Shown here piece by piece: positions 41,062 to 51,972 of a stretch of DNA of 64,000 bases; the stretch's first letter is position 1, and each line of letters opens with the position of its first letter. A program made the position numbers and the translations under genes. Below the pieces are notes generated by a model. It was not told the origin of the DNA, searched no databases, and saw only the letters and a list, made by a program, of their open reading frames with translations. Origin of the DNA: an uncultured Chloroflexia bacterium (GTDB taxonomy: Bacteria > Chloroflexota > Anaerolineae > B4-G1 > SLSP01); NCBI GenBank assembly GCA_963751345.1, contig CAVVUS010000011.1:96001-160000 (forward strand), in the 5' to 3' direction.

Positions 41062-41090
41062 TTGACAAAACCTATGCATTGCCGTATAAT
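41062..41090 (+). promoter_or_regulatory. Perfect sigma70 promoter TTGACA-N17-TATAAT with an AT-rich upstream element
   Basis: TTGACA 41062-41067, TATAAT 41085-41090; AT-rich tract 41034-41061. Confidence 0.85.
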
Positions 41091-41145
41091 GAAGCTATAC
41101 GATGGGTCAATTGGACCCAGAAATGCGATGCTTAAGGAGAGAGTC

Positions 41146-41917
41146 ATGGCTAAGAGAACTCTGTGGCCCTGGATAAACTTGGCGGTTACGATCGCCACGA
41201 TCGCGATTAATGGTCTGGCTGAAGCCCTTCCGATCAACGGTCTGAGCACCGGCGAGATCTCCGACAGTTACCCGATCTACTTTGTGCCGGCGGGTTACGT
41301 CTTCTCTATCTGGGGCGTCATTTATCTGGCCCTGATCGCGTTCTCGATCTACCAGGTGCTACCCTCGCAGAGGGCAAACGTACATATCCAGCGCATTGGC
41401 GTGTTGTACACGCTCACGGGGGCGGCCAACGTTGCGTGGATCTTCCTGTGGCACTATGAGCGCTTCCTGGTGACGGTGCCTGTGATCCTGGTGCTCCTGG
41501 GTTCCCTTATCGCGATCTTTCTCAAGCTCTGGGCAGGCAGGACGTCGCTCACGACGGCCGATCGATGGGCCATTTATCGTTCCCTTCAGCATCTATCTTG
41601 GCTGGGCCAGCGTCGCCACGGTGGCGAACGTCAGCCAGTTGCTGTACTATCTCAACTGGGGGGGCTGGGGGATCAGCCCTGTCGTCTGGGCGGTCGTGAT
41701 GTTGGTCGTGGCTGCAGCCATTGCGGTGGTGATGAGCCTGCGCCACGCCAACGTCTCGTTTGCAGCAGTCTTCGTGTGGGCGTACATCGGCATCGCGGTC
41801 AAGCAGAGCGGGACGCCCACGGTGTCGATTACTGCGGCGGTTCTGGCGGGTGTCATCCTGGCTGCGCTGGTCGTGAGTCTCCCGCGTCGTCGGCGCCTTT
41901 GGTCCACTAGCGCGTAG
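41146..41917 (+). CDS. TspO/MBR-related tryptophan-rich sensory protein (frameshift near 41580)
   Basis: PINGLSTGEISD, FVPAGYVFSIWGVIY, WIFLWHY, then PFSIYLGWASVATVAN and VWAYIGIA. Confidence 0.78.
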
Positions 41918-41961
41918 TCTTCCAGCTCGAGAGGACCGGCATTCCGGACCTAGCGAAGGTG

Positions 41962-42000
41962 GCCCGAGCCCGACATGCTGCCGTCGGGCTCGGGCTCTTA
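41962..42000 (+). terminator. Intrinsic terminator after the TspO-like gene
   Basis: GCCCGAGCCCGAC-N8-GTCGGGCTCGGGC-TCTTA. Confidence 0.55.
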
Positions 42001-42113
42001 TGCTCGTAGGGTTACCGCCGTTGGGGGCGTAGGGTGATGGATCCGTTGCTCGATCCCGATCTTCCTGCTCTTCGTGGTCAGCGTGGGACCTCCCAAGCCG
42101 GACCGTTCTGACC

Positions 42114-42973
42114 ATGATGCTGACTCTTCGTCCGATGACGCCGGCCGATATCCCGCTGGGGATGCGGCTCAAGGAGCAGGCCGGCTGGAACCAGACGTCC
42201 GCCGACTGGCAGATGCTGCTTGCGGCGGGCTCCGGCCTGGTCGCCGTCGTCGATGGCCTGGGCATTGGCACTGCCACGGTGGTTCCTTACGGGGATGCGT
42301 TCGCATGGATCGGTATGGTCCTCGTTGATTCTGACTACCGGCGCCAGGGGATCGGCACGGCACTGCTGCGGGCCGCGATCTCGTGTGCACGCGAGCACGG
42401 CGTCTGCCCGCCTGGACGCCACGCCGCAGGGCAGGCCGCTCTACGCGAGGATGGGGTTCGAGGACGAGGTCGAAATCGTGCGGATGGCGCGACCGGCGAC
42501 CGGGACGGGGCATACGCTCCCGGATGTGTCAGGCGACGTTCGCTGCCTGCCTATGACGGTCGACGTGCTGTCCGAGCTGTCGGAGTACGATGCGGCGGCC
42601 TTTGGCGCACCGCGCCGTGGGATTCTTGCGGCACTTTGGGAACGGGCGCCGGCCTACGCTCAGTGTGCGTGGCGGGACGGCGTGCTCGCCGGCTTCTGCA
42701 TGGGCCGGTCGGGGAGCACCTTGGAGCAGATCGGCCCCGTGGTTGCGGACGATGTGGACACGGCGCAGGCGTTATTCCGGGCCGCGTTGGCGCACGCCCC
42801 GTGACCGCGGCGTCATTGTCGACGTCCCTGTGCCCCAGCAGGCGTGGCGTGCCCGGCTTGCCGCGCTTGGCTTCGAGCGCCAGCGCGCGTTCACTCGGAT
42901 GACCCTGGGTGGCGATGGCGCCTTTGGACACCCAGCGGCGCAGTACGCGATGGCCGGCCCCGAGATCGGATAG
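42114..42973 (+). CDS. GNAT acetyltransferase (two GNAT domains, YitH-like), frameshifted
   Basis: AGWNQT, WIGMVLV..DYRRQGIG, LDATPQGRPLY, QIGPVVA, AMAGPEIG spread over three frames. Confidence 0.82.
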
Positions 42974-42975
42974 CA

Positions 42976-43044
42976 GGAAGACCTTTGGGGTCTCTCTGTC
43001 GAGCAGAGCACTCGCTCGATAGAAAGACCCCAAAGGTCTTTTCC
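42976..43044. repeat. REP-like palindromic element
   Basis: AAGACCTTTGGGGTCT...AGACCCCAAAGGTCTT inverted arms, each itself a small hairpin, with inner stem TCGAGC...GCTCGA. Confidence 0.65.
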
Positions 43045-43066
43045 GGGAGCGTATACAGGAGGTTTC

Positions 43067-44599
43067 ATGCACGTCTACGACGGTCTTCACGCCTACTACG
43101 GCGACCTGCACAACCACTGCGGCATCTCCTACGGCCATGGCAGCCTGCGAGGACGCGCTCCTCAACGCGCGCGAGCAGCTCGATTTCTGCTCCGTGACGG
43201 GCCACGCGCTCTGGCCTGACATGCCGCCGCGCGACGACGCCATCGGGTATATCGTCGACTTCCACCGCGAGGGGTTCGCCCGGCTGCGGCGAGGGATGGG
43301 ATGACGTCCAGCGCACGACCGCGGCTTTTCACCGGGACGGCGAGTTCGTGACCTTCCTCAGTTTCGAGATGCACAGCGGCGCCGACGGCGACCGGACCAT
43401 CCTCTACAACGGGGCCGATGGCGAGATCATCGAGGCTACGGGACTGGCAGATCTCCACGGCAAGCTTCAGCCGCTTGCTGCCCGACGTGATGGCCTTTCC
43501 CCACCATATTGGCTACAAGCAGGGGCAGCGCGGGATCAACTGGGACACCTTCGACCCCACGTTCGCACCGGTGGTCGAGATCATCTCAATGCATGGTTGC
43601 AGCGAGTCCGACGAGGGGCCACGGCCTTACCTACACTCGATGGGCCCCTCAGATCATCGTGGCACGATGGCCTATGGCTTGGCTCAGGGCCACGTCTTTG
43701 GCGTCGTCGGCTCGACGGACCACCACAGTGGCCATCCGGGCAGCTACGGTCACGGAAGGACGGGAGTCTGGGCGCGAGATTTGACGCGCGGCGGGCTCTG
43801 GGAGGCCCTGCGGGCCCGGAGGACCTACGCACTGACGGGGGACCGCATCGATGTGCAGTTCGCTGTCAACGGCGAGCCGATGGGGACGGTCCTCGGTCCG
43901 GCGCAGCGACGCGAGGTCGCCTTTCGCGTCGTCGGTGGAGGGCCGCTCGATTGCGTGGACATCATCAAGAATGGCGCCCTTCTCCGGCGTTTCTCCCAAT
44001 ACGATATGGCCCATCCGACCGTGGATGCCGATCGGATCCACACGAAGCTGCTCCTTGAGGTGGGGTGGGGTGCCCGCGGCGTCAAGGTGGACTGGGACGT
44101 GCACCTCGGCGTCTCCGGTGGTCGTCTGCTGGCAGTCGAGCCGCGGTTCCGGGGGCCGGAAGTGGTGGCCCCGCAGGAGGCCGATCCGGACGCGGATCCT
44201 AACCACCATACATCGCACTGGGAGCCGGAAGGTGACTCCGCGATAGGATTCGCCACTGTGACCCACGGCAACCCGAACAACCTGACGCCCGGGACACAGG
44301 GCGTTTGTTTGGAGGTCGAAGCCCCGCTTGATGCTGTGCTCTGGGCTCAGCTCAATGGGCACAAGGAGCGTTTCACGATTCGGGATCTCGTGGAGGGTGC
44401 CAGGGCGGGCAGACTCGGCAAGATCGACTCGCCTTCCTATCGTTTCCATCGCGCACCCGGCTGGCGGGAACTCGAATGGCAGGCCACGTTCGAGGACCTG
44501 AGTTCCGCAGGGCACAGAGATGACATCTACTATCTGCGGGTTCGCCAGCGTAACGATCAGTGGGCGTGGAGCTCACCTATCTGGGTACGCGCTCACTAG
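43067..44599 (+). CDS. DUF3604-like / PHP-fold metallo-protein, frameshifted
   Basis: ATG 43067 (AGGAGG): YYGDLHNHCGISYGHG, LDFCSVTGHA, FPHHIGY, GSTDHH, RRTYALTG, YYLRVRQ..AWSSPIWV. Confidence 0.72.
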
Positions 44600-44850
44600 G
44601 CCTCGCGCACCCGGAACCCCGCGCTATCGAGTGCTCATCATAGAAGGCTCGAGCCGGCAGTACCGGCTGCTTCACCGCGTCTTTTTGGGCACGTCCTCCT
44701 GCGCAGCTCTACCGTGGCTCTGCGCCGCAGTAGGGCCAGATCAAGCTGATTGCGTCGAGTGCAGGCGCTGGTATCCTTGGATAGGGTAGTCATCGTTGTT
44801 GATGACCACACGCCGGTGCCGCTGAAGTTCCGCCGGAGACAGGAGATACG

Positions 44851-47146
44851 ATGCCCACATACGCAACGCTGCCGGTGCCCGAGCGCATCAGCCGACTGAG
44901 AGACGAGCTCTTCGAGACGGCGTCACAGTGGTGTTTCGAGCGCGCCCGCTTGGTCACGCGCGCCTATCGTGAGACCGAGGGATATCCTACCGTACTTCGC
45001 CGTGCCAAGGCGCTCGCCCGGGTCTTTGAAGAGATGCCCATTTTCATACGCCCGGGGGAACTGCTCGTCGGGCAGCGGGCGAGTGTGTTGGGTGGGCGGG
45101 CCGTCTATCCGGAATATCACCTCAACGGCCTGTCGGCGGAGACGACACCGTCAGAGGTATGGGACTACTGGGCGGGGAATACCCTCGGTGAAATCGTACG
45201 AGGGCGTCATCCCAGCCGCCTTCGACGCGCCGAGAGGGAAATGGCGGCGGGCTTCGTGACGGGAACCGCGAGTGGTTTCGGCCACGTCATCATCGACTAC
45301 GAAAAGGTACTGCGGCGGGGTTTCCGTGACATCGCGCGCGAGGCCGAGCTTCTGCTGGACGCGGCGCCGGAGGAGGACGCGAAGGGCCGTGCGTTTCTGC
45401 AGGGCGTGGGGATTGTGGCCCGCGGCATCATCCGGTGGGCGGAGCGATATGCAGAGCTGGCTGAGACTTTGGCAGCCGCGGAGACGGACCCTGCCCGTCG
45501 CACCGAGCTTCTCGCCATCGCCGGCATATGCCGGCGAGTGCCGGCCGACCCAGCGCGCACTTTCCACGAGGCACTGCAGAGCTTCTGGTTCACCCACCTC
45601 GCGATGCACATCGAGCAGTTCGGGTGGTCCATCTCGGCAGGTCGCTTCGATCAGTATATGTTCCCCACCTACCAACAGGATATCGCCGACGGAGTGCTGA
45701 CGCAGGAGCGGCGCGTGGGAGCTTGTGCTCAACCTCTGGGTCAAGTTCATGGAGAACGTGGATGGGGGCGTGAAGCAGACCGTATTCCAGAATCTGACGT
45801 TGGGTGGGCAGGATGCAGAGGGACGTGATCAGTCGAACGCGCTCTCACGTCTCTGCCTGGATGCGACGGTCGCGCTGCGCTTCAACCAACCGGCACTTTC
45901 CGTGCGGTGGCATCCCAACATCGACCCCGATTTCTGGCTGCAGGTCCATCGCGCGCTCGCGCAGGGCCTCGGGCTGCCCGCGCTGTTCAACGACACCGTC
46001 ATCCTTCCAGCTCTGGAGGCCCACGGCGTGGCGCCTGAGGATGCCATCGGCTACGGCGTGGTCGGATGCGTGGAGGCCGCCATCCCCGGCAAGGAGCAGG
46101 GCGTCACAGCCGGAGGCCACATCAACACGGCCAAGGCCCTGGAACTCGCGCTGAACGACGGGCGCTCTCTGCTGACGGGCGAGCCGATCGGCCTGCCCAC
46201 CGGCGATCCGGAGACGTTCACTGCCTTCGAAGACCTTTGGGAGGCCTACAAGGCCCAGGTTATCTATCTCGCCGGTCTGAACATCCTGGCCAGCCATATT
46301 GCCGGTGAGGCGCAGAAGGAGTATGGCCATTGCCCCCTGATGTCAGCGCTCCTGGACGATTGCCTGGTGCGGCGCCGGGACCTCGTCGATGGCGGCACCC
46401 GCTACAACCTGCCCGGCATTGCCATTTACGGTCCCAGCAATGCCTACGACGGCCTGCTTGCCGCGAAGCGTTGGGTCTGCGAGGAGGGAAAGATAAGCTG
46501 GGCAGAGTTGCACCAGGCCCTGTTGGACAACTTCGAGGGTCACGAGCCGCTGCGCGCGCTCCTGGCGCGACGCACCGATCGCTTCGGCAACGGGATTGCC
46601 GAGGTGGATGCCTTTGCCAACGAGGTGAATGCCGTGCACGCCGACTTCTGCTGGTCACAGGTCGATTCAAGAGATGGGCGGTATACATGCGGCGTCTGGC
46701 CCGTCAATGGCCACGTGCAGGCCGGGCATTGGACGGGCGCCACGCCCGATGGACGCCTCGCCGGCACGCCGCTGGTGGATGGTGTGGGGGCGTGTCAGGG
46801 CGCGGACCGCAACGGCCCTACGGCGCTGCTCCAGTCCGTGGCCCGGCTGGACAACATCGACCAATGGCCTGCCGGCAATACGTGCAACATCAAGTTCGCG
46901 GGGCGGTCGATCCACAGCGATGATGATGTCGCCCGGCTGCGAGATCTGGTCACAACTTTCATGAAGCTGGGCGGGCAGGAGCTCCAGATCAACGTCGTGG
47001 ATCGAGCCACGCTTCGCGCGGCCCAGGAGGCGCCCGAGGCTTACGAGGATCTGATCGTACGGGTGGCAGGGTACAGTGCCTACTTCACCCAGTTGAGTCG
47101 TGATATCCAGGATGAGATCATCTCCAGAACAGAGCAAGAGGTCTGA
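44851..47146 (+). CDS. Glycyl radical enzyme, PFL2/dehydratase-eliminase type (frameshift near 45710)
   Basis: TFHEALQSFW, SAGRFDQY, QNLTLGG, VVGCVE (Cys loop), GATPDGR, LIVRVAGYSAYF (Gly loop). Confidence 0.92.
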
Positions 47147-47168
47147 GGACCGGAGAGGAGTGGGGAGG

Positions 47169-48117
47169 ATGGACAAACGCGAGGCGGTCTTGAGCCTGTT
47201 GGATACGGACCACGCCCCGGGCTATGTGCCGGCGGCCTTCTTCCTGCATTTCGGTGAGGCCTACAGAGAAGGCCAAGCCGCCGTCGACAGGCATCTGGCC
47301 TTCTTCCGGCATACCGGCATGGACTTTGTCAAGATCCAGTACGAGCACGCCTTCCCGCATCTTTCTGAAATACAGCGTCCTGGGGATTGGGCGAAAATGC
47401 CGTCGTATGGGGCCGACTTCTATGCGCCGGCTTGGGACGTGGTCGAGGGACTGGTCAAGGCCGCCAAGCATGAGGCCCTGGTTCTGGTCACGCTCTACTC
47501 ACCGTTCATGAGCGCAGGGCACACCACGAGCGACGAGATGATCACTGCACACCTAAAGGAAGATCCCGAGGCCGTGAAGGCAGGCCTGGAGATCATCACC
47601 GAGAGCCTGCTCACCTTTGTCCGCGGGTGCATCCGGTTGGGCGTCGACGGCTTCTACGCTTCCACGCAGGGCGGCGAGGCGCACAGATTCGCGGGGACCG
47701 GCATCTTCGAGTCCTACGTCAAGCCCTACGATCTCGTCCTGATGCATGAGATCAACGCTGCCTGTCCGTTCAACATCCTGCACGTCTGCGACTACTGCGG
47801 GCCGTACGGCGATCTATCGCCGTTCCTCGACTATCCCGGCGATGTTGTCAACTGCAGCCTCAACGTGGGAGGGGACACGTGGACCCCGCGCCAGGCGGCG
47901 GAGTACTTCGATCGACCCTTCATGGGCGGTATGGACCGCCATGGTGTGATCGCCTCCGGCAATCCGCAGGCCATCAGGGAGCGCGTCGCAGCGGTGTTGA
48001 AGGAAGCTCCGGATCGCTTCATCCTCGGCGCCGACTGCACCGTGCCCGGTGATACAGATTGGGACGAGCATCCGGGTGGCGATCGATGCGGCGCACGGTG
48101 CAACGAGTGACGGGTGA
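47169..48117 (+). CDS. Uroporphyrinogen decarboxylase-like / MtaA-like protein (frameshift near 48065)
   Basis: TLYSPF, GVDGFY, NILHVC, MGGMD, FILGADCTVP. Confidence 0.8.
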
Positions 48118-48206
48118 CGGTTGATCGGAAGAGACGCTATCGGTAGCGAGTCAACGGCGCTCATTTCGCGCAACTGCCCGGCTCACTCGTCACCCGTCAC
48201 TCGTTG
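48101..48206. repeat. Element bounded by a perfect 19-bp inverted repeat built from 7-nt units
   Basis: CAACGAGTGACGGGTGACG (48101-48119) and CGTCACCCGTCACTCGTTG (48188-48206). Confidence 0.7.
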
Positions 48207-48249
48207 TATTCGCTTGTCATCCGGGCCACTTGTGCTATGCTAGCCTTTA

Positions 48250-49323
48250 GTGAGCGTACTCACGAAGTTACCGGGTCTAGCTGACGTCCACGTGCACCTC
48301 CGGGTCCCCGGAGGAGAGCACAAAGAGGATGTTCGAAGCGGCACCGCCGCCGCCCTGGCAGGCGGGTTCACTACCGTTCTCGCGATGCCCAACACGCATC
48401 CCCCCATCGTCACACTATCCGATCTTCGCGCTGCCCAGCAGCGCGCTCGAGCCGAGGCTCTCTGTGATGTGCACACCTTTGTAGGTGCTTCCGCAGATCA
48501 TGCCGCGACCGGTGGAGGGCCGGGGACGGAGCTCGCTGCGCTTGCCCGTGAGGCTGTCGGCCTGAAGATCTATATGGATCAGACCTATGGGCCGCTACGC
48601 ATCGGGGGACTGGCCACGTTGATGCGGTACTTCCGCGATTGGCCCAAGGACAAGCCCATCGCGCTGCACGCAGAGGGCACAAGCATCGCGGTCGGGATCG
48701 GTCTTGCCGCGGCGTTCGGGCGCTCGGTGCACATCTGTCACGTCAGCCGGCAATCGGAGATCGAGTTGATCGCTGCCGCCAAGCAGCAGGGCCTCGCCGT
48801 GACCTGCGAGGTGACCCCGCACCATCTGTTTCTCACCGAGGACGATCTGCCGCGCCTGGGCACGCTGGGCGACATGCGTCCCCGCCTGGCTTCTCGTGCG
48901 GATGTCGACGCTCTCTGGTCGCATATCGATACCACGATCGACTGCATCGCCACGGATCACGCGCCTCACACCCTGGACGAGAAACGTGGAGCCGATAGCC
49001 CTCCCGGCGTTCCCGGGTTGGAGACCGCTCTGCCGCTGATGTTGACGGCGGTTGCCCAGGGCCGGCTGTCGCTGTCCCGCCTCGTGGACCTGATGGCGCT
49101 GAACCCGAGGCGGATCTACAAGCTTCCGGACCAGCCGGATACATGGATCGAGGTGGATACAAGCGCTACCTCAGTGATCGATGCCGGCGGGCTCCACACG
49201 AAGTGCGGGTGGAGCCCTTTTTCCGGCATAGAGGTCACCGGGCGCCTTTGCTCCGTCCGGCTGAGGGGAAGCCTCGTCTACAGGGACGGGGAGGTCATCC
49301 CTACGGAAGCCATTCATACTTAG
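48250..49323 (+). CDS. pyrC: Dihydroorotase
   Basis: LPGLADVHVHLR, AMPNT, HICHVS, CEVTPHHL, ATDHAPH, TKCGWSPF; pyr context. Confidence 0.92.
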   Translation: MSVLTKLPGLADVHVHLRVPGGEHKEDVRSGTAAALAGGFTTVLAMPNTHPPIVTLSDLRAAQQRARAEALCDVHTFVGASADHAATGGGPGTELAALAREAVGLKIYMDQTYGPLRIGGLATLMRYFRDWPKDKPIALHAEGTSIAVGIGLAAAFGRSVHICHVSRQSEIELIAAAKQQGLAVTCEVTPHHLFLTEDDLPRLGTLGDMRPRLASRADVDALWSHIDTTIDCIATDHAPHTLDEKRGADSPPGVPGLETALPLMLTAVAQGRLSLSRLVDLMALNPRRIYKLPDQPDTWIEVDTSATSVIDAGGLHTKCGWSPFSGIEVTGRLCSVRLRGSLVYRDGEVIPTEAIHT

Positions 49324-49332
49324 TTCCCAGAG

Positions 49333-49357
49333 GAGCCCGCATTTGCGGGCTCTTTTT
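49333..49357 (+). terminator. Intrinsic terminator between pyrC and pyrB
   Basis: GAGCCCGC-attt-GCGGGCTC-TTTTT. Confidence 0.65.
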
Positions 49358-49403
49358 CTGCGGATGCCGGGTTGCTGTAACCTACACAAGGAGGAAAGGG
49401 ACG

Positions 49404-50457
49404 ATGGACTACTTGAAGGATTTGCCGAAGCTGTTTGACTATGCTGCTGCCGGCGAGTCGGGTCGATGCACGGGCGACTGCGACGGCGGGCAGTGGCGCT
49501 GCGGTGGTGGCGGATGGTTTTCACGGTAACGGGCTGACCGGTCAGGATGTGATCTCGGTGGACCAGTTCGATCGGGAGAAGCTCTCCTACATCTTCCATC
49601 GCGCTCACGAGATGCGGGAGATGGTTGAGGCTTCAGGATCCTGCGATCTGCTCAAGGGGCGCGTGCTTGCCTGTCTCTTCTACGAGCCCAGCACGCGGAC
49701 GAGTGCCTCATTCATTGCGGCGATGGAACGCTTGGGCGGCAGCGTGATCCCGATCACGCAGGGCGTGCAGTTCAGCAGTGTAAGCAAGGGTGAGAGTCTG
49801 CCCGATACGATCCGCACCCTGGAGCAGTACGCCGACGTCATCGTGTTGCGCCATCCCGAGGTTGGGGCGGCGAGCGTCGCCGCCGAGGCCGCGAGCGTGC
49901 CCGTGATCAACGCCGGTGACGGCACCGGGGAGCATCCGACGCAGGGATTGCTGGACCTCTTCACGATTCGTGAGGAATTGGGGCAGATCGACGATCTCAA
50001 GATCGCGATGCTCGGCGATCTGCGAAATGGGCGCACCGTGCATTCTCTGACCCGGTTGTTGATGTTGTACGACGTCAGCTTCCGCTACGTCTCCCCCGAG
50101 ATCCTGCGCCTGCCCATGGCGCTGATGAATCAGCTGATCGATCGCGGCATCGAGGTCAGGGAGACACACGACGTCGCCGACGTCATCGAGCATGCCGACG
50201 TGCTCTACGTCACACGCGTTCAGAAGGAGCGCTTCAGCGACCCGGCGCAGTACGAGGAAGTCAGGGACTGCTACCGGATCACGCCGGAGATCATGCAGCG
50301 GGCGAAGCCGACGATGGCTCTGATGCACCCCCTTCCGCGGGTTGGGGAGATCGACCCGCAGGTCGATGGTGATCCCCGTGCGGCTTACTTCCGGCAGGTC
50401 AAGAACGGCATGTACGTGCGAATGGCCCTGCTGGCCGCGGTTCTCGGGCGAGCCTGA
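49404..50457 (+). CDS. pyrB: Aspartate carbamoyltransferase catalytic subunit (5' end uncertain; RBS-backed ATG at 49404 is out of frame, suggesting an indel)
   Basis: [29 protein letters not shown]. Confidence 0.93.
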
Positions 50458-50502
50458 GGCGTATGCCGGACGAGATCACACTACAATCTACGGGAGGACA
50501 CT

Positions 50503-51970
50503 GTGGCATCCAGTTTCATCGGTAAGTTGCGATCATCGATTGACAAGAACGACTCGCTGCTTTGCGTTGGGTTGGATCCGGACGTGAGCCGGATGCCGGT
50601 CGCTTTTCATCCCGGCCTCTCCGAAGGCGCGCGGATGTTGGCTTTCTGTCGCGACATTATCGAGCTCACGGCGGATTTGGTCTGCTGCTACAAGCCGAAT
50701 GTAGCCTTCTTTGAACAGGCGGGCCCCGAGGGGTTGGCCGCCCTCCGCGACGTCATCGCGGCCGTTCCCGAGGGCATTCCCGTCCTCCTGGACGCCAAAC
50801 GGGGGGATATCGGCAATACGGCCAAGGCCTATGCCCGCGCGGCGTTTGAGGTTCTGGGCGCCGACGCCATCACCGTGAGCCCGTACCTGGGACAGGACAG
50901 CGTCCTTCCCTTCCTGGCGTATAAGGACAAGGCGGTCTTTCTGCTCTGCCACACATCGAACCCCTCGGCAGTGGAGATACAGCATCACGGCACACCGCCG
51001 CTCTACCAACAGATCGTCCGGCAGGGGCAGGACTGGGGGAGCCGGGAACAGCTTGGATTTGTCGTCGGCGCGACCCAACCGGGTGCCCTGAAGGCCGTGC
51101 GGCGCCTGGCGCCGGACCGCTGGCTGCTCGTGCCGGGTGTGGGGGCACAGGGCGGCGACCTGGATGCTACGCTGGAGGCAGGCATGACCGTTGCCGATCC
51201 CGCCACGGACGGGGGCCGTCAGGAGTACGGTGGACGCGCCGAGTACGGCGGTCGCGCGGAGTACACGGGCGTGATTGTGCCGGTCTCGCGCGGTGTGTTG
51301 TACGCGGCGGATCCGCGCGCTGCAGCCCACGACCTGCGGGCCCGGATCAACGTGCACCGGCGCGAGCAGGCCCCGGAGTCTGCGCTGGCGCTTGACCTCT
51401 TCGAGGCGGGGTGTATCCGCTTTGGCCAGTTCACGCTGGCGTCGGGCAAGGTCTTCTCCGATCTACGTGGATCTGCGGCGCGTGATCTCGTTCCCCTCGC
51501 TCTTCGAGAAGGTCGTCGACGCGTACGCCGGCCTGGTCAAGGCGCTCGCCTACGATCGCTTGGCGGCCGTGCCGTATGCGGCGCTGCCGGTGGCTTCGGC
51601 GCTGGCCATGAAGCTCAAGCGATCGCTGATCTATCCGCGCAAGGAAGCCAAGGGCCACGGCACGGGAGAGTTGGTGGAGGGATCCTACGAGCCGGGACAG
51701 GTGGCCCTGGTCTTGGAGGACGTGGTGACCAGCGGCGGTAGCCTGCTACAGGCCATCGCGACGCTGGAGGCCGCCGGCCTCAAGGTGCAGGACGTCGTCG
51801 TGCTCGTCGATCGGGAGCAGGGCGGCGGGGCCCGTCTGGCAGCCGAGGGCCGCCGTCTCCATACGGTCCTGACACTTGACAGGCTCCTCGCCGCACTCCG
51901 CGACGCCCGGAAGATCGACGGCGCGACGGATCGTGAGGTCCGCTCCTACCTTGCATCCCAGGGAAGATAG
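50503..51970 (+). CDS. pyrF: Bifunctional OMP decarboxylase - orotate phosphoribosyltransferase (PyrF-PyrE), frameshift near 51455
   Basis: [28 protein letters not shown]; then [24 protein letters not shown] (PRPP loop), VDREQGG. Confidence 0.9.
51211..51264 (+). repeat. In-frame triple hexapeptide repeat [18 protein letters not shown] in PyrF
   Basis: GGGGGCCGTCAGGAGTAC / GGTGGACGCGCCGAGTAC / GGCGGTCGCGCGGAGTAC. Confidence 0.85.
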
Positions 51971-51972
51971 GC

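Noticed and set aside
50503-51970. PyrF-PyrE fusion as a novelty
   Set aside because: OMPDC-OPRT fusions in this order are already known in several bacteria and in trypanosomatids
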